A DNA stretch of 64,000 nucleotides, taken from Trypanosoma brucei (Eukaryota). Below are positions 44,951 to 55,290 of this stretch, piece after piece. A program made the position numbers and the translations under genes. The stretch covers positions 1,760,001 to 1,824,000 of the forward strand of contig CP000070.1 in NCBI GenBank assembly GCA_000002445.1. Direction: 5' to 3'. Position 1 is the stretch's first letter, and every line of letters starts with the position of its first letter. The notes under the pieces were generated by a model. The model worked only from the letters and a program-made list of their open reading frames with translations, was not told the origin of the DNA and searched no databases.

Positions 44951-45098
44951 AGCCCCAGACAGAAATGACATAATCAAAACAAAAATATTTTCGTCGCTAC
45001 ACTCCACCGGAAGTGCCGCATGAAGAAGAAAACGGGGTGACAAGCACCGATGCAGGGGAGTCACACCTGTCACCCTACACTCAAGACTTATCCAACAT

Positions 45099-47819
45099 TT
45101 ACTTCACTTTTTGTGGACGATGCGCCACACGGGAGACTCTCGGAGACGAGACTATCCGCGGGGCACTCGGCCAAAGCGATGATGATGAAGTTCGTCCCAC
45201 CGCATGCGAGTGGGAGTCCACCGAAGTAGCTTTGGTTATGGGGCCCAGCCCAGTGTGTGATCTCGAGGTGGAAGGCATTCCTTTACTTGATTGCAATTCC
45301 CTTCTCATAACACCCGGCTCGTGGATTTCGCCCGTCGATCGCGAGAGGGTGGAGCCGCGAGGTGCTGGAGACCCGCCAGGGGAACGCAACGCTCCCACAC
45401 ATAAACCCGGGGGCTCCACAGCAGCAACCTCTGTCTCTGTAGGCTTTGCGTTGGGTGATTGCGCGGTGGTCCGGCGGTGCCGCCGTTTACCCGGACGCCC
45501 CCTAGCGGCTCCCTTTGTCCCTCCTACACCCAATGACGGGGCCGTTAGCTTTGGTGAAGTTTGTACTTCACGAAACGGCGAGCACCGCTGGGACGTTCCC
45601 CTGGCAACCTCACTGCTCCCAGTTCCAGTCCTTGCCGGAGCAGCGGTGGAAGGTGGAACCTGTCCTAAAGTATGCATCCGTGATGACGCCGAACTCACCG
45701 TCACCTGAGAATGATTCTCACCACTAGTGGAAGATCGGCTGCGATTCCGGCTCTCCCGCTTACCTTGCACTCCAGAGCTGGTAATGTCAACAATTGCCTT
45801 TACAACTCCCAATACCTCACGACAATTACTAATACAGCCCTCGAGATCGGACTTTATAGAAGGGTTTCTCAGATCATGCAACAGTAAATCTTCCGCTTTG
45901 CCAATGTATCGTAGGCACTTCGTCCGGCATTCCTGCACTTGCGCCGAAACACCAGGATCAACAAAGAAATTACGCCGTGAGGCTGCCTGAATTTCGAGGA
46001 GTTTGGGCTGTTCTTTTCGTACCAACTCCCGCACCCGCTGGCAGAGCAAGTCACAGTCAGACACAACAGAAGAAATGTCGTTCTCACCACGGGGAGAGAT
46101 GGAGGCCCTTCCAGCCGACGAAAAATTCCTCCTCCGTCTCCGGGGGGTGTACAACGTATCTTCGGGTTGCTTCTTTTTCAAAACTTCCAAAAGCGCACTA
46201 ACGTTCCAACGATCCGGAGCGCTTTGATATGAAAAAATATCCTCTGCAGCTGCCAGTGGTGCTTCGCCCAATGGGTTTTTCCTTCCGTTTAACGTCGCAC
46301 CACCTCGTGAGCTCTCCCGACCATCACGATGGCCTTCTTTGAATGAGGGCAAATCGATCTCAATAACAGTAAAGCGGTTCGTGAGAAGGGACTGAAACAA
46401 GCTACGCTCTGCGAGCAATGTAACTTTGGATCCCACACGCTGAGCCTCACTGTACAGGTTCCGGAGGGCTGACTGGGCTGGCGAATCCCCATTCTGCCAA
46501 GCCAACTCCGTGTCACGATCAAGCACAGCGTAGTAGCAGGCACCTTTGAGTGACGCAAGTTCCAAGTGAGCATCGTCTTGCTGATTATTGGTTATCCACC
46601 TCCCATCCATATCAGCGCACAGTGCAGCCACAGCAAAAACAACCTCTTCCATTTGCTGTACCTTTCCGCCACATGTTACAACAGCCGCGCGGTACCGATT
46701 TTCAACAGCACTTGTCAGGAAAAAAAAGATGCGCCCCACAAAAAGCGCACTACGTGAGCGACTCAACCTCGCCGGAGAGGAAATAGGGTACAATGGGAAC
46801 GGAGATTCATCACACTCTGGCCTCAGGTATTCTGCTTCGGAAGAACAATCATCCCCATGCAGTATTGGAACGCCAGAGCACGCTGGTAATGGCGTTGCTG
46901 CCAAAGGTGATGCTGCATTGCGCGCCAAAGTAGCGAACCACTTAGGGATGTACCCAGGTTCCACCACGGTGTAGCCACAGGCAAGTGCAGCAATACACGC
47001 GGGGTCGTCATGAGTGAGGGCAGACGTGCAGTGCAGCAGCCCAACAGGAAGCGGTACATCAAGTTCACGTGTTGGAGTAAGCCCGGGGACCACAGTTGCA
47101 CCACGGCGGTAGCACGCGCACTCGAGGTCGCACGCCTGCCTGCCACTTAAGCTACTGCGTGACACCGTTACGACGAGTGGACGGAAACGGAAGCGGAGGC
47201 GCACACGATCACCAAGTGACAACTGGCCACCGTCCATAACAAGATGCGGTTGCGTATCGGTCACTTCGGTGGCTCCCACTGCAACGCGACCACCATCAGG
47301 AAGCCTACGAACGAGCACAACGAGAGGATTTCTCTCCTTTACCACCTTTGTGTCTGTGCTTTTCTTTTCACCGTGGTCGTGGGTGAGGGCATTGTGTCCA
47401 CAACATGAAGATTGTGTTTCCCTGCCCTCACAACAGTTATTTGTGTCGTTCAGAAAACTCCCGTCGACGACGCTGTCAAGAGATCCCATATTACACGCCT
47501 TCATGATAGCGCTGTCACCTGAGGCACCGCAATCGTCACCATTAATAAGATCTGGAAAACTTCTTTCACATATTGATACATTTGCGTCATCCTTTGATTG
47601 TTTCTCAATCAACTTTTTGGCGTTGCTCCGCCTCATCACAGAAAGGGATACATGTTGGGCCGCAATGTCAGGCTGATTTAGTACAATATCGCAGAGGCTC
47701 GCGCGACCAACAACATATGGTTCTCGAACGACAATCGCGTAGTAGGGTGCACTCATGGGAGGCCTCCCACTTACAAACTCAACGGAGAACATTGCACAAC
47801 AAAACCAAAAACAGAGCAC
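45099..47819 (-). CDS. NBS1-like DNA-damage-response protein (N-terminal FHA plus BRCT); the start may be the Met at 47756
   Basis: The N-terminus (PYYAIVVREPYVVGRASLCDIVLNQPDIAAQHVSLSV) aligns with the human nibrin FHA domain ([31 protein letters not shown]). PHLVMDGG...ALACGYTVVEPGYIPKWF is BRCT-like. The C-terminal half is long and S/R-rich. Confidence 0.55.
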   Translation of the reverse strand: MLCFWFCCAMFSVEFVSGRPPMSAPYYAIVVREPYVVGRASLCDIVLNQPDIAAQHVSLSVMRRSNAKKLIEKQSKDDANVSICERSFPDLINGDDCGASGDSAIMKACNMGSLDSVVDGSFLNDTNNCCEGRETQSSCCGHNALTHDHGEKKSTDTKVVKERNPLVVLVRRLPDGGRVAVGATEVTDTQPHLVMDGGQLSLGDRVRLRFRFRPLVVTVSRSSLSGRQACDLECACYRRGATVVPGLTPTRELDVPLPVGLLHCTSALTHDDPACIAALACGYTVVEPGYIPKWFATLARNAASPLAATPLPACSGVPILHGDDCSSEAEYLRPECDESPFPLYPISSPARLSRSRSALFVGRIFFFLTSAVENRYRAAVVTCGGKVQQMEEVVFAVAALCADMDGRWITNNQQDDAHLELASLKGACYYAVLDRDTELAWQNGDSPAQSALRNLYSEAQRVGSKVTLLAERSLFQSLLTNRFTVIEIDLPSFKEGHRDGRESSRGGATLNGRKNPLGEAPLAAAEDIFSYQSAPDRWNVSALLEVLKKKQPEDTLYTPRRRRRNFSSAGRASISPRGENDISSVVSDCDLLCQRVRELVRKEQPKLLEIQAASRRNFFVDPGVSAQVQECRTKCLRYIGKAEDLLLHDLRNPSIKSDLEGCISNCREVLGVVKAIVDITSSGVQGKRESRNRSRSSTSGENHSQVTVSSASSRMHTLGQVPPSTAAPARTGTGSSEVARGTSQRCSPFREVQTSPKLTAPSLGVGGTKGAARGRPGKRRHRRTTAQSPNAKPTETEVAAVEPPGLCVGALRSPGGSPAPRGSTLSRSTGEIHEPGVMRRELQSSKGMPSTSRSHTGLGPITKATSVDSHSHAVGRTSSSSLWPSAPRIVSSPRVSRVAHRPQKVK

Positions 47820-48850
47820 GCACTACTCCAAAGTGGCGTGATATATGAATATATTTTTACAGTTAGTGTCCCTGTGATTGCGTCTCGGCGCCGCTGCTAC
47901 TGTTATTATTATTTACTCCTGGTGTTGACGCCTGCTTCCCACACAAACTTCCCCGGTAGCACGACAGGAACGAGCAAACGGACCCTTCCAGCGCACTCAA
48001 CGTTATGCAGTCAGCGCCGTTTACTGGCTCGGTCTCTTTTTTTTTTTTGCCCTCCGCCGCTTTAATTCCTAGAAAATCTTTACCACGTTTGATATGTATA
48101 TTATATATATATATATATAATATATGTATGTGTGCCTGTGTACAGGTGTACGTCCCGTTCGCAATTTATTTCGTCTTTTGGTCGCCGTATATTTTTTGTT
48201 TGCTACCGTCCTTGAGTCCCTTCCCTTCTCTTCCACCTTCGGCTAGTGTTGGATTCAGATACTTTTGTCACTTTCTGTGAGGCGAAAATGCGGGGTGATG
48301 GCGCCAACACGAGAAACACAAATATAGAATAGGAAAAAAGAAAACGACGCGCAGCAACACTGAATAAATTTTAACGTAAGGGTGAGACATTAACAAAAAA
48401 GAAGGAGCGTAACGAAGGGAAAAAGAAGAGAAAAAAAAAAACATCATGCAATTCGTTAGCCGGCCTGACCCAGTACTCACCTTTGCAGACGCACCCTCGC
48501 ACGCGCGAGCATATATAAATATATATAACCTCATCATTTATTTTCTTGTTCCGCATGCACGCCGAAGCGCATACACGGAGCCCTGGAAACGGAAGGTTCT
48601 ACTCGTTTTCACGCAAAAAGGCAAGTGCGGGCCGGAAGTACAGCGTCACGAGATTGCCTGAATTTGACCTCTCTCTATTAACGGTCCGCAAGGCCGCGCC
48701 ACCACAGCAACGCTCCTCTTCCTTCCTTTATTTTTTTTCTTTTGTCCATATTGTGCTCAACCCTATTTAACACCTTATTTTCGTCTGTGATCTGCCAAGA
48801 ATATCACCATTGGCGGCGCACTGCACTTCCCCCTGTAATGCAACCGCGCC

Positions 48851-50506
48851 TTATTTCCCGCCCTCTCCATTCCTCTGTTGCAGTTGATAATTTTTCTTTA
48901 TATCCTTTATCCATTGCAACAGCTCCTTCATACGGTTGAAAAGCGGAGACTTGTACTTCCGCGTAGCATCCGCCGCCAGTTCATTTAGTTTTTGCTTCTG
49001 TAAAGGAACGTTGGCATATGCCTCAACACATTCCTTCATGGCACCCACATACGTAACGGCCACCTCGCCACCCACATCAGCCAATCGAGTTTCCATTGTC
49101 TCAATGTTCTCAATCATTCCGCGCATCTCCTCGAGCATACCATCGAATTGCTCTTTGCAAGAAACTAATGCAGCGTCCACCTCATTCACTGCTGCTGCTG
49201 CTGTTGCTGATGCCGCTGCTTCTGCCGCGTTATCACCTTGTGCCTCCATCTTGGCGCGCTTCAGCTGTAGCTTCAGCATTTGATCCAAAGACTTCTGTAG
49301 CACATCAACGTGCCGTTTGAAGTTGTCAATTACCTCCCGCAGTGCCGCCACAAGAGAATATGTTTCGCCATAGTCCACTTCCTCCTCTTGACTGCAGCCA
49401 GCGCCCTCAACAGCAGCCGCCGAAGGAACGAAATGATCACCATTTGCGTACACCGCCAAACCATCGGGGATGTAACCCCATTTCATTGCGCTGATGGGAA
49501 TTCCTGCAATATCGGCTTCACGACCTGTTGCCGTATCACCCTTCAGTGCACTTTCTACAGTGTTGGTGCGCAAAGTGGCGGGAAGCGGTTGCTCCCCACG
49601 TCTATCACGCTGTTGTGCCTGAGCAACAAAAGCCTTTTCCGACTCGCGCAGGTCGTTCGCCATTTGTATAGCGGCCACAATCTTCGGATCATCAGGTGGA
49701 AGCTCCTCATTCACCTGCGACAGTCGTGTGGGTCTGTAGTTGGTGAAACAAACGTACTGATAGGTAAGGTGTGCAATAGCTGGGCGGAAGGTTGCAATGA
49801 ATAGTGGCCCATCCAACAGTCCTTCCAACATGGTATGATTTTCCATCACAGTTGTGAAGAGTAACTTTCCTCCGTTACGCAAAAGGAGCTTGGCCGTTTG
49901 AATGTACGCTGTCCATACGTCCTCTGTGATGAAAGGCGGATCAGCTACAACGTAGTCGAAGGCACCAAAGTACTGCACGGGGACCTCCTCCGGTCGATGA
50001 AAGTCGTAGAAGACAAAACCGGTGTCGTCCTTCCACTGTTTGTCGTACTCAAAAAGACGACTGTCCCGAACTAGAGCGGACTTTGCATTACTGTCACCTT
50101 TGGAGGCCTCTTCCGTGTTACCGTCCCCACCATTCTTGTCAGCTGCAATCATTGCAAAATACAGCGATGGAGTCGAGAGGAAAGCACATGCAGTTGCATG
50201 ATGACGGACCTCACCTATGAGTGCATCAATGGTGTGGATGGAGTACCAGTATTGGTTAAACTCAGCACGCTCTACGTTGTGGTCAAACCGCACCCCGCTC
50301 TCAGTCACGAAGCATGGAGCCGCTTCCGTCATTTGTTCCTCACACAAATCCCCCCCCTCTCTGTAACAGTAATTCCTCCTCCTCCCCCTCCCTTTTGAAT
50401 GTTTTCCCTCCTCTACTTTGAGATGTCCATGAAATGGATACATGAAAGTCATATTGCACAGACACGTTGTCATGGTAATTGAAAGAGTATTAAAGTGAAG
50501 ACACAC
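48851..50506 (-). CDS. EEF1A lysine methyltransferase 1 / Efm5 (N6AMT2 family) -like methyltransferase with a coiled-coil C-terminal extension; probable true start at 50332
   Basis: Several motifs match the N6AMT2/EEF1AKMT1 family: NQYWYS, ACAFLSTPSLY, LFEYDKQW, FVFYDFHRPEEVP, FDYVVADPPF and CFTNYRP. The C-terminal roughly 250 aa are E/A/K-rich and predicted coiled coil. Confidence 0.6.
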   Translation of the reverse strand: MCLHFNTLSITMTTCLCNMTFMYPFHGHLKVEEGKHSKGRGRRRNYCYREGGDLCEEQMTEAAPCFVTESGVRFDHNVERAEFNQYWYSIHTIDALIGEVRHHATACAFLSTPSLYFAMIAADKNGGDGNTEEASKGDSNAKSALVRDSRLFEYDKQWKDDTGFVFYDFHRPEEVPVQYFGAFDYVVADPPFITEDVWTAYIQTAKLLLRNGGKLLFTTVMENHTMLEGLLDGPLFIATFRPAIAHLTYQYVCFTNYRPTRLSQVNEELPPDDPKIVAAIQMANDLRESEKAFVAQAQQRDRRGEQPLPATLRTNTVESALKGDTATGREADIAGIPISAMKWGYIPDGLAVYANGDHFVPSAAAVEGAGCSQEEEVDYGETYSLVAALREVIDNFKRHVDVLQKSLDQMLKLQLKRAKMEAQGDNAAEAAASATAAAAVNEVDAALVSCKEQFDGMLEEMRGMIENIETMETRLADVGGEVAVTYVGAMKECVEAYANVPLQKQKLNELAADATRKYKSPLFNRMKELLQWIKDIKKNYQLQQRNGEGGK

Positions 50507-52421
50507 AAAAAGAGAGAGAAATATATATATTTATATATTTATATATATGTCATGCAGCACAAGCAAATTAGAAAGGAAGGAATGTGTAGTCTTGCGTCCT
50601 AAACACCAACCCGGGTGCAGGTACATTTTACACATCTATGTATATATTAATCTACGTGTGGATGTGTCGGATTACAAATGCAATAATATATTAAGCCATC
50701 ACACTCCCTTTCTTGGTGCCTCCAGGGACTAAAAATAACAAGAGGAGGAGGAGGAGAAAAAAAAAACACCATGATGGGAGGAAGTAACGAGATGTGAAGT
50801 TAAAACAATAATAATAACGGAACGCACAACCTCTTATTCACTCCCACACACACATAAACACACACAAACATACATATATATATATATATAGTTTCGAAAA
50901 AGGACATCTTCACGTGGCCAGCGCTGTTCATCCAATGTCCTCAGCCCCTTTTTTGTTATTCTCCTCTGATGGTAATGCTGGAGTTAAAGTTGGAATTGGG
51001 GTTGCTTCCAAAGAATTGTCATATCGTCCAGTGCTCCGCACATTTTCCGTACGACGTCTCACTCGGCTAAACCTTCAGCATAACTCTCTATGCTTTGCCA
51101 CTTTTCTTTCCCTTTTTTTTTTTACTCTCTTTACTTTAAGACAAAACATGAAAGGACAAAATGGAAAAAGAAACAGATATAAAAGCAGTTAGTCCAATCA
51201 CGAAACTGAGACAATGTGAAGTTGCGAAGGTTAAGAAAAACAAAGTAGGGAGTCAGAAATTTTCTCAAAGCCATCAAGGACAAGAAATGGAAGGAGGAAA
51301 AAAAAGAGGAGAAGTAAAGGATGGAAAAAAAAATGAATGCGGGAAAAAAAAAGGAAACAAATAATATGAAAAGCGCAACTTACAGACACAAATACGAACA
51401 CAAACACTCACCTACCACCGCATTTCCCTTCCACTTTTTTTTTCCGATGTACTTCTTTCCGCCTACTCGATGTCTCTCACCACCTCTTTATTTTGTTGTT
51501 TCTCTTCTTTTCTTTTTCTTTTCTTTTCTTTTTCTTTTCCTTTTTCTTTTTTTACTTATTCTCATTATGATTTCTACTACATTTCCTTCCCCATCTTACA
51601 CATTACCCCTTCGTCTCTGCAGTGCACACGGCGTACGTACTCACAACAAAAAAAAAGTGAAAAATAAAATGTGGCTTCTACATCTATTATTCACAATGGA
51701 CTTTATTACTTTGTGTTTTTTTATTTAAAAAAAAAAGCAAACAAGACACAAATATTATGATAGTAATTATAACCGTTAAAATGACAATAATAATGGTAAC
51801 AATAAATAAATAAATATATATATGTATGTGTGTGTGCGTGTAAGTGGGGGGAATGGTGAAGAGGCTCCAAATAAATGAATGAAAGGAGAGGGAAGAAAAA
51901 AGGGGGGAAATCACTCGTCTAGAAAAAAAAAACATACAAATAAATTTGCTCCCACCACCCTCCCACACACACGCACACACAGAAGCGCTATCCTGTCTCT
52001 TACTCACTCTATAATGCATCTAAAGCATAGACGTAATAATAATAATAATAACAAAAATAATGACAAAAATACCAAAAAGAAAACCTCCTAACCGCTTACT
52101 TGGGAGCGTATCAAACACACAAAAAGATACTCATACGTACGCGTACGTTTATAAAGATGAATAAATATGCGCGTGCAGAAGAGAAAAAGGGATTTTGCTT
52201 GCACACCGCATGACAGCTCTACGTAAAGCACACGGTGAAGTCAGACTCTAAAATTTAAAATAAGGAAGGGGAAGACGCGAAAATATCGAAGAGGGGGGGT
52301 CAAAGAAAAGAAACCACTTGTAACAACTCCCCTCTCCGCCTACTACCGATGTTGCGGTGGATGACATGACGGTTCATCACCGATCCAGCCTACAGAATTT
52401 ACCCTCGTTGCTGGCGGCGTT

Positions 52422-52423
<2 letters not shown>

Positions 52424-52458
<35 letters not shown>
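52424..52458. repeat. (GT)n microsatellite
   Basis: A 34-bp stretch gtgtgtgtgtgtgtgtgtgtgtgtgtgtgtgtgt (17 GT units) is present. Confidence 0.95.
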
Positions 52459-52460
<2 letters not shown>

Positions 52461-52746
52461 CTCTTTTTTTAATTTTTACACGTCATTTTTGTAACACCAC
52501 ATTCTAAAGTAATTTACCTCAATTCAACTCATCAGATGACTGATCGCGTCTATGTGTTCACGCATGTGCCACCTTTTCTTCTTTTCACTCACGCAACACT
52601 AACTGAGTGTTTGCACGTGAATCAGGAGAGGGAACACAAGAAGAAACAGATACAAAGAGAAAGAGAGCCACAGAGGAGAAGGAGAAGCAATTATGTGTTG
52701 TTTCTCCCATAGCCAAGCGCATCGCATTGCCCCACCCCCCCCCCTT

Positions 52747-55290
52747 TCACCACAACTCAGCGAGGCTATGAGCAAAGACGCGGTAATTCACCATCACGTC
52801 AAGTGGCGGGGGATGATAGCGATGGCGCCCCTGTTGACATCCCAAACGGTTTAATTGCTGCCGCAGAAGCGGGAGACACGTGGGTGTCATGAGACGAGCC
52901 TCCGAGTCGGTTCCATCACTGCCATCATCCGCCTCCCCAGACGGTTGCACGCCGAGGCGCTCCATAACACCGCGTTCCCCAAAGCATTCGTGGAAGCAGC
53001 GCCAGAGACCTATATACATTTTCATGGCATCATCCTCCATGGCTGATGCCTTCCGTCGGTTCAACATCCTTTCCCACAGGCTCCTATGAGTTGCAGAAGG
53101 CGACGATACCCCCCCACTTGATATCGTGTGGAGGGTGCCGGGGGATGCCACCGACATTGGAGACTGGCTCTTCTGGTGTTGTAGTTTTGTTACGGGTGAG
53201 GGCGACGCAATGCACATGGAAAGATCCGCGGCCTCTTCACTGTTGGGTGCAACACTGGAAGGGGAACCAATCATAAGCACTTGCTGCACCACGCGAACCA
53301 CAACAATCATTGGAAGCGTTCCCGCTTCATCCAAGTCATAGCCATGCAGCCGCCGCGAAATGGCAGCGGCGTGTGTTGCCAGCTGCCGGCGGAGAGAACT
53401 GGTATCGGATAAAATCGAGTTTATACTGTCACCTCTGCTGCCGCTATGGCTTAAAGTGCTTCGACCTTGTGCTAACTCGAGCTCGCCCAAGACGACAGAA
53501 CTGCGGTTGAGACTGAGTTGAAGTGAGCGCACCACACGGCGCCCCTCAGCGGCCACCACGGCATCCTGACTGGCACTTTGAATCGCTTCGGATGGACCAT
53601 TCGCATCAGCAGCGGCGCCGCCGTCCACATTGGATCCACTGTACGTGCGGCTTACTTCCTCCAACTTAGCTAAAAGGCGTTCGCTCGCACGCCGTACTTC
53701 ACTCCTGGCACCTTCAACGAATGATCGAAACTCTTCACTAAGACGCGGCGAAGACACTAACTCGGCGCAGCCCTCACCATCAGGAACCACTGTACGGTGA
53801 TCGGTGCTCCGAGGCCCACGTTCCGCGTTACCCCCCACACCTGAGAAACCACCTACGGCTTTATTGCCGAGGGTTTCCTTGCAATCACAACATTCCTCGG
53901 TTGTATCCGAAATGCGCAGTGCACATTCCCCCTCTCCGGTGCCGTCCCCAGCAGCCACGTTACGGGGCCACACGGAATCGTAATCACTTCCAACGAGGGA
54001 AGTTTCGTTATTTGGTGCTGTAGAAGCAGGAGCCGAAGTGTTAGCGTTGGCACTGTCGCGGGTGTCTAAAATCTCCGAGGCACAGCCAGCGCCATCTCTC
54101 ACAGGCGTCCCAGTGAGTACCTGCAAGGAAGGCGTTGGTGTTGAGCCGCTAACAAGTAGCAGAGATTCACGTCCCCGTGGTTCAGTTGCAGGCGACAGCC
54201 TCACGTCCCACGATCCACTCAGGCAGCTGTTAGATAATTGGGTCTGCTGCACATCAGTAGCCGCCGTTCTCATCAGCGCTTCATTCCGCCTCTGTGCTGC
54301 CTCGGCGTCCGGACGAAACCGCTTCCTCTCATCTTCCTCATCCGGAGCGTTCGTCACCTGAGTCCCAACCTCCGAGGCGCCACCTACAAGTGGGCTGATG
54401 CCCCCGTTGCACAACAATAACGAAGACTGGAGGGAGCGTACCCGCTTCCCACAACCGGGTCGCAGCTGCTCTTCATGAATGGTTGGTTCACCAGGCGGTG
54501 TTAGCCCACCGGACATCGCGCCCAATGCAGCTCCCGGTGGCAACAACATACTCCGCCGCATAGCATTGCTCCCACAGCCTTCCTCATATACCTCTTGGCT
54601 GGTTATCAGTGGCTGCCGTCCAAAAACTTCCGCTGACTCCGCTTCCGCATCGAAGCACTCCCCATGTCCCTCCAAACATGCTTGAAACTCCTGCTCCAAC
54701 GCAGAACCTTGTGAATCGGGTACGTGCTCATCATTGTCACCCTGTGAGACTTCACAGTCTGAAAGCTGCAAGTGAGGGAAGTTTCTCGGCGTGATCGTCG
54801 CTCGGGGTTCCCTTAGTAGCGAGGACGGGGACGAAGAGCGATCCTCGGTGGATTGTGTCGAGTTCAATTCACGTGAAATGGAAAACACCGGCGGACGGCC
54901 GCTCGAAAGAGCACTTGAGTCAGCGCAGGCATTGTCATTAGCTTCACTGACATCCATTCCCCCTTCCACTTCGTTATCACACGCACCGCTAGCGGGACCG
55001 ACAGCACCTGGTCTTGGCGGCGGTGTGAGTGACTGAGTCTCAGGTATGAAGTCGGACTGCGAAAGTGAAGGTGATGTTAGCGCCGTGCATGCAAATGATG
55101 ACCGGTGCTGGTGCCGTTGCTGCTTTAGTTGATTTTTCCTGGCGGATGCCGTGACGTTGGAGTCACATGGCGTTAGGACCATTGGTGTAGGGGGGAGGGA
55201 ATCGAGTCGTAACGCGGGACGGCCTTGAGGCTGTGAAAGACTCGCTACGGAGCTTTCATCACAATAAATGGTATCACTGTCCATTGTCAA
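52747..55290 (-). CDS. hypothetical protein, Ser/Thr-rich, largely low complexity (847 aa)
   Basis: It is a long uninterrupted ORF on the same strand as its neighbours in the polycistronic unit. I recognise no domain. Confidence 0.55.
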   Translation of the reverse strand: MTMDSDTIYCDESSVASLSQPQGRPALRLDSLPPTPMVLTPCDSNVTASARKNQLKQQRHQHRSSFACTALTSPSLSQSDFIPETQSLTPPPRPGAVGPASGACDNEVEGGMDVSEANDNACADSSALSSGRPPVFSISRELNSTQSTEDRSSSPSSLLREPRATITPRNFPHLQLSDCEVSQGDNDEHVPDSQGSALEQEFQACLEGHGECFDAEAESAEVFGRQPLITSQEVYEEGCGSNAMRRSMLLPPGAALGAMSGGLTPPGEPTIHEEQLRPGCGKRVRSLQSSLLLCNGGISPLVGGASEVGTQVTNAPDEEDERKRFRPDAEAAQRRNEALMRTAATDVQQTQLSNSCLSGSWDVRLSPATEPRGRESLLLVSGSTPTPSLQVLTGTPVRDGAGCASEILDTRDSANANTSAPASTAPNNETSLVGSDYDSVWPRNVAAGDGTGEGECALRISDTTEECCDCKETLGNKAVGGFSGVGGNAERGPRSTDHRTVVPDGEGCAELVSSPRLSEEFRSFVEGARSEVRRASERLLAKLEEVSRTYSGSNVDGGAAADANGPSEAIQSASQDAVVAAEGRRVVRSLQLSLNRSSVVLGELELAQGRSTLSHSGSRGDSINSILSDTSSLRRQLATHAAAISRRLHGYDLDEAGTLPMIVVVRVVQQVLMIGSPSSVAPNSEEAADLSMCIASPSPVTKLQHQKSQSPMSVASPGTLHTISSGGVSSPSATHRSLWERMLNRRKASAMEDDAMKMYIGLWRCFHECFGERGVMERLGVQPSGEADDGSDGTDSEARLMTPTCLPLLRQQLNRLGCQQGRHRYHPPPLDVMVNYRVFAHSLAELW

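Noticed and set aside
51161-52091. Lys/Glu-rich and Asn-rich small ORFs in the 50.5-52.7 kb gap (51161..51364 +, 51879..52091 +, 51687..52019 -).
   Set aside because: They are translations of polypurine or polypyrimidine tracts. They lack codon-usage signal and conservation cues.
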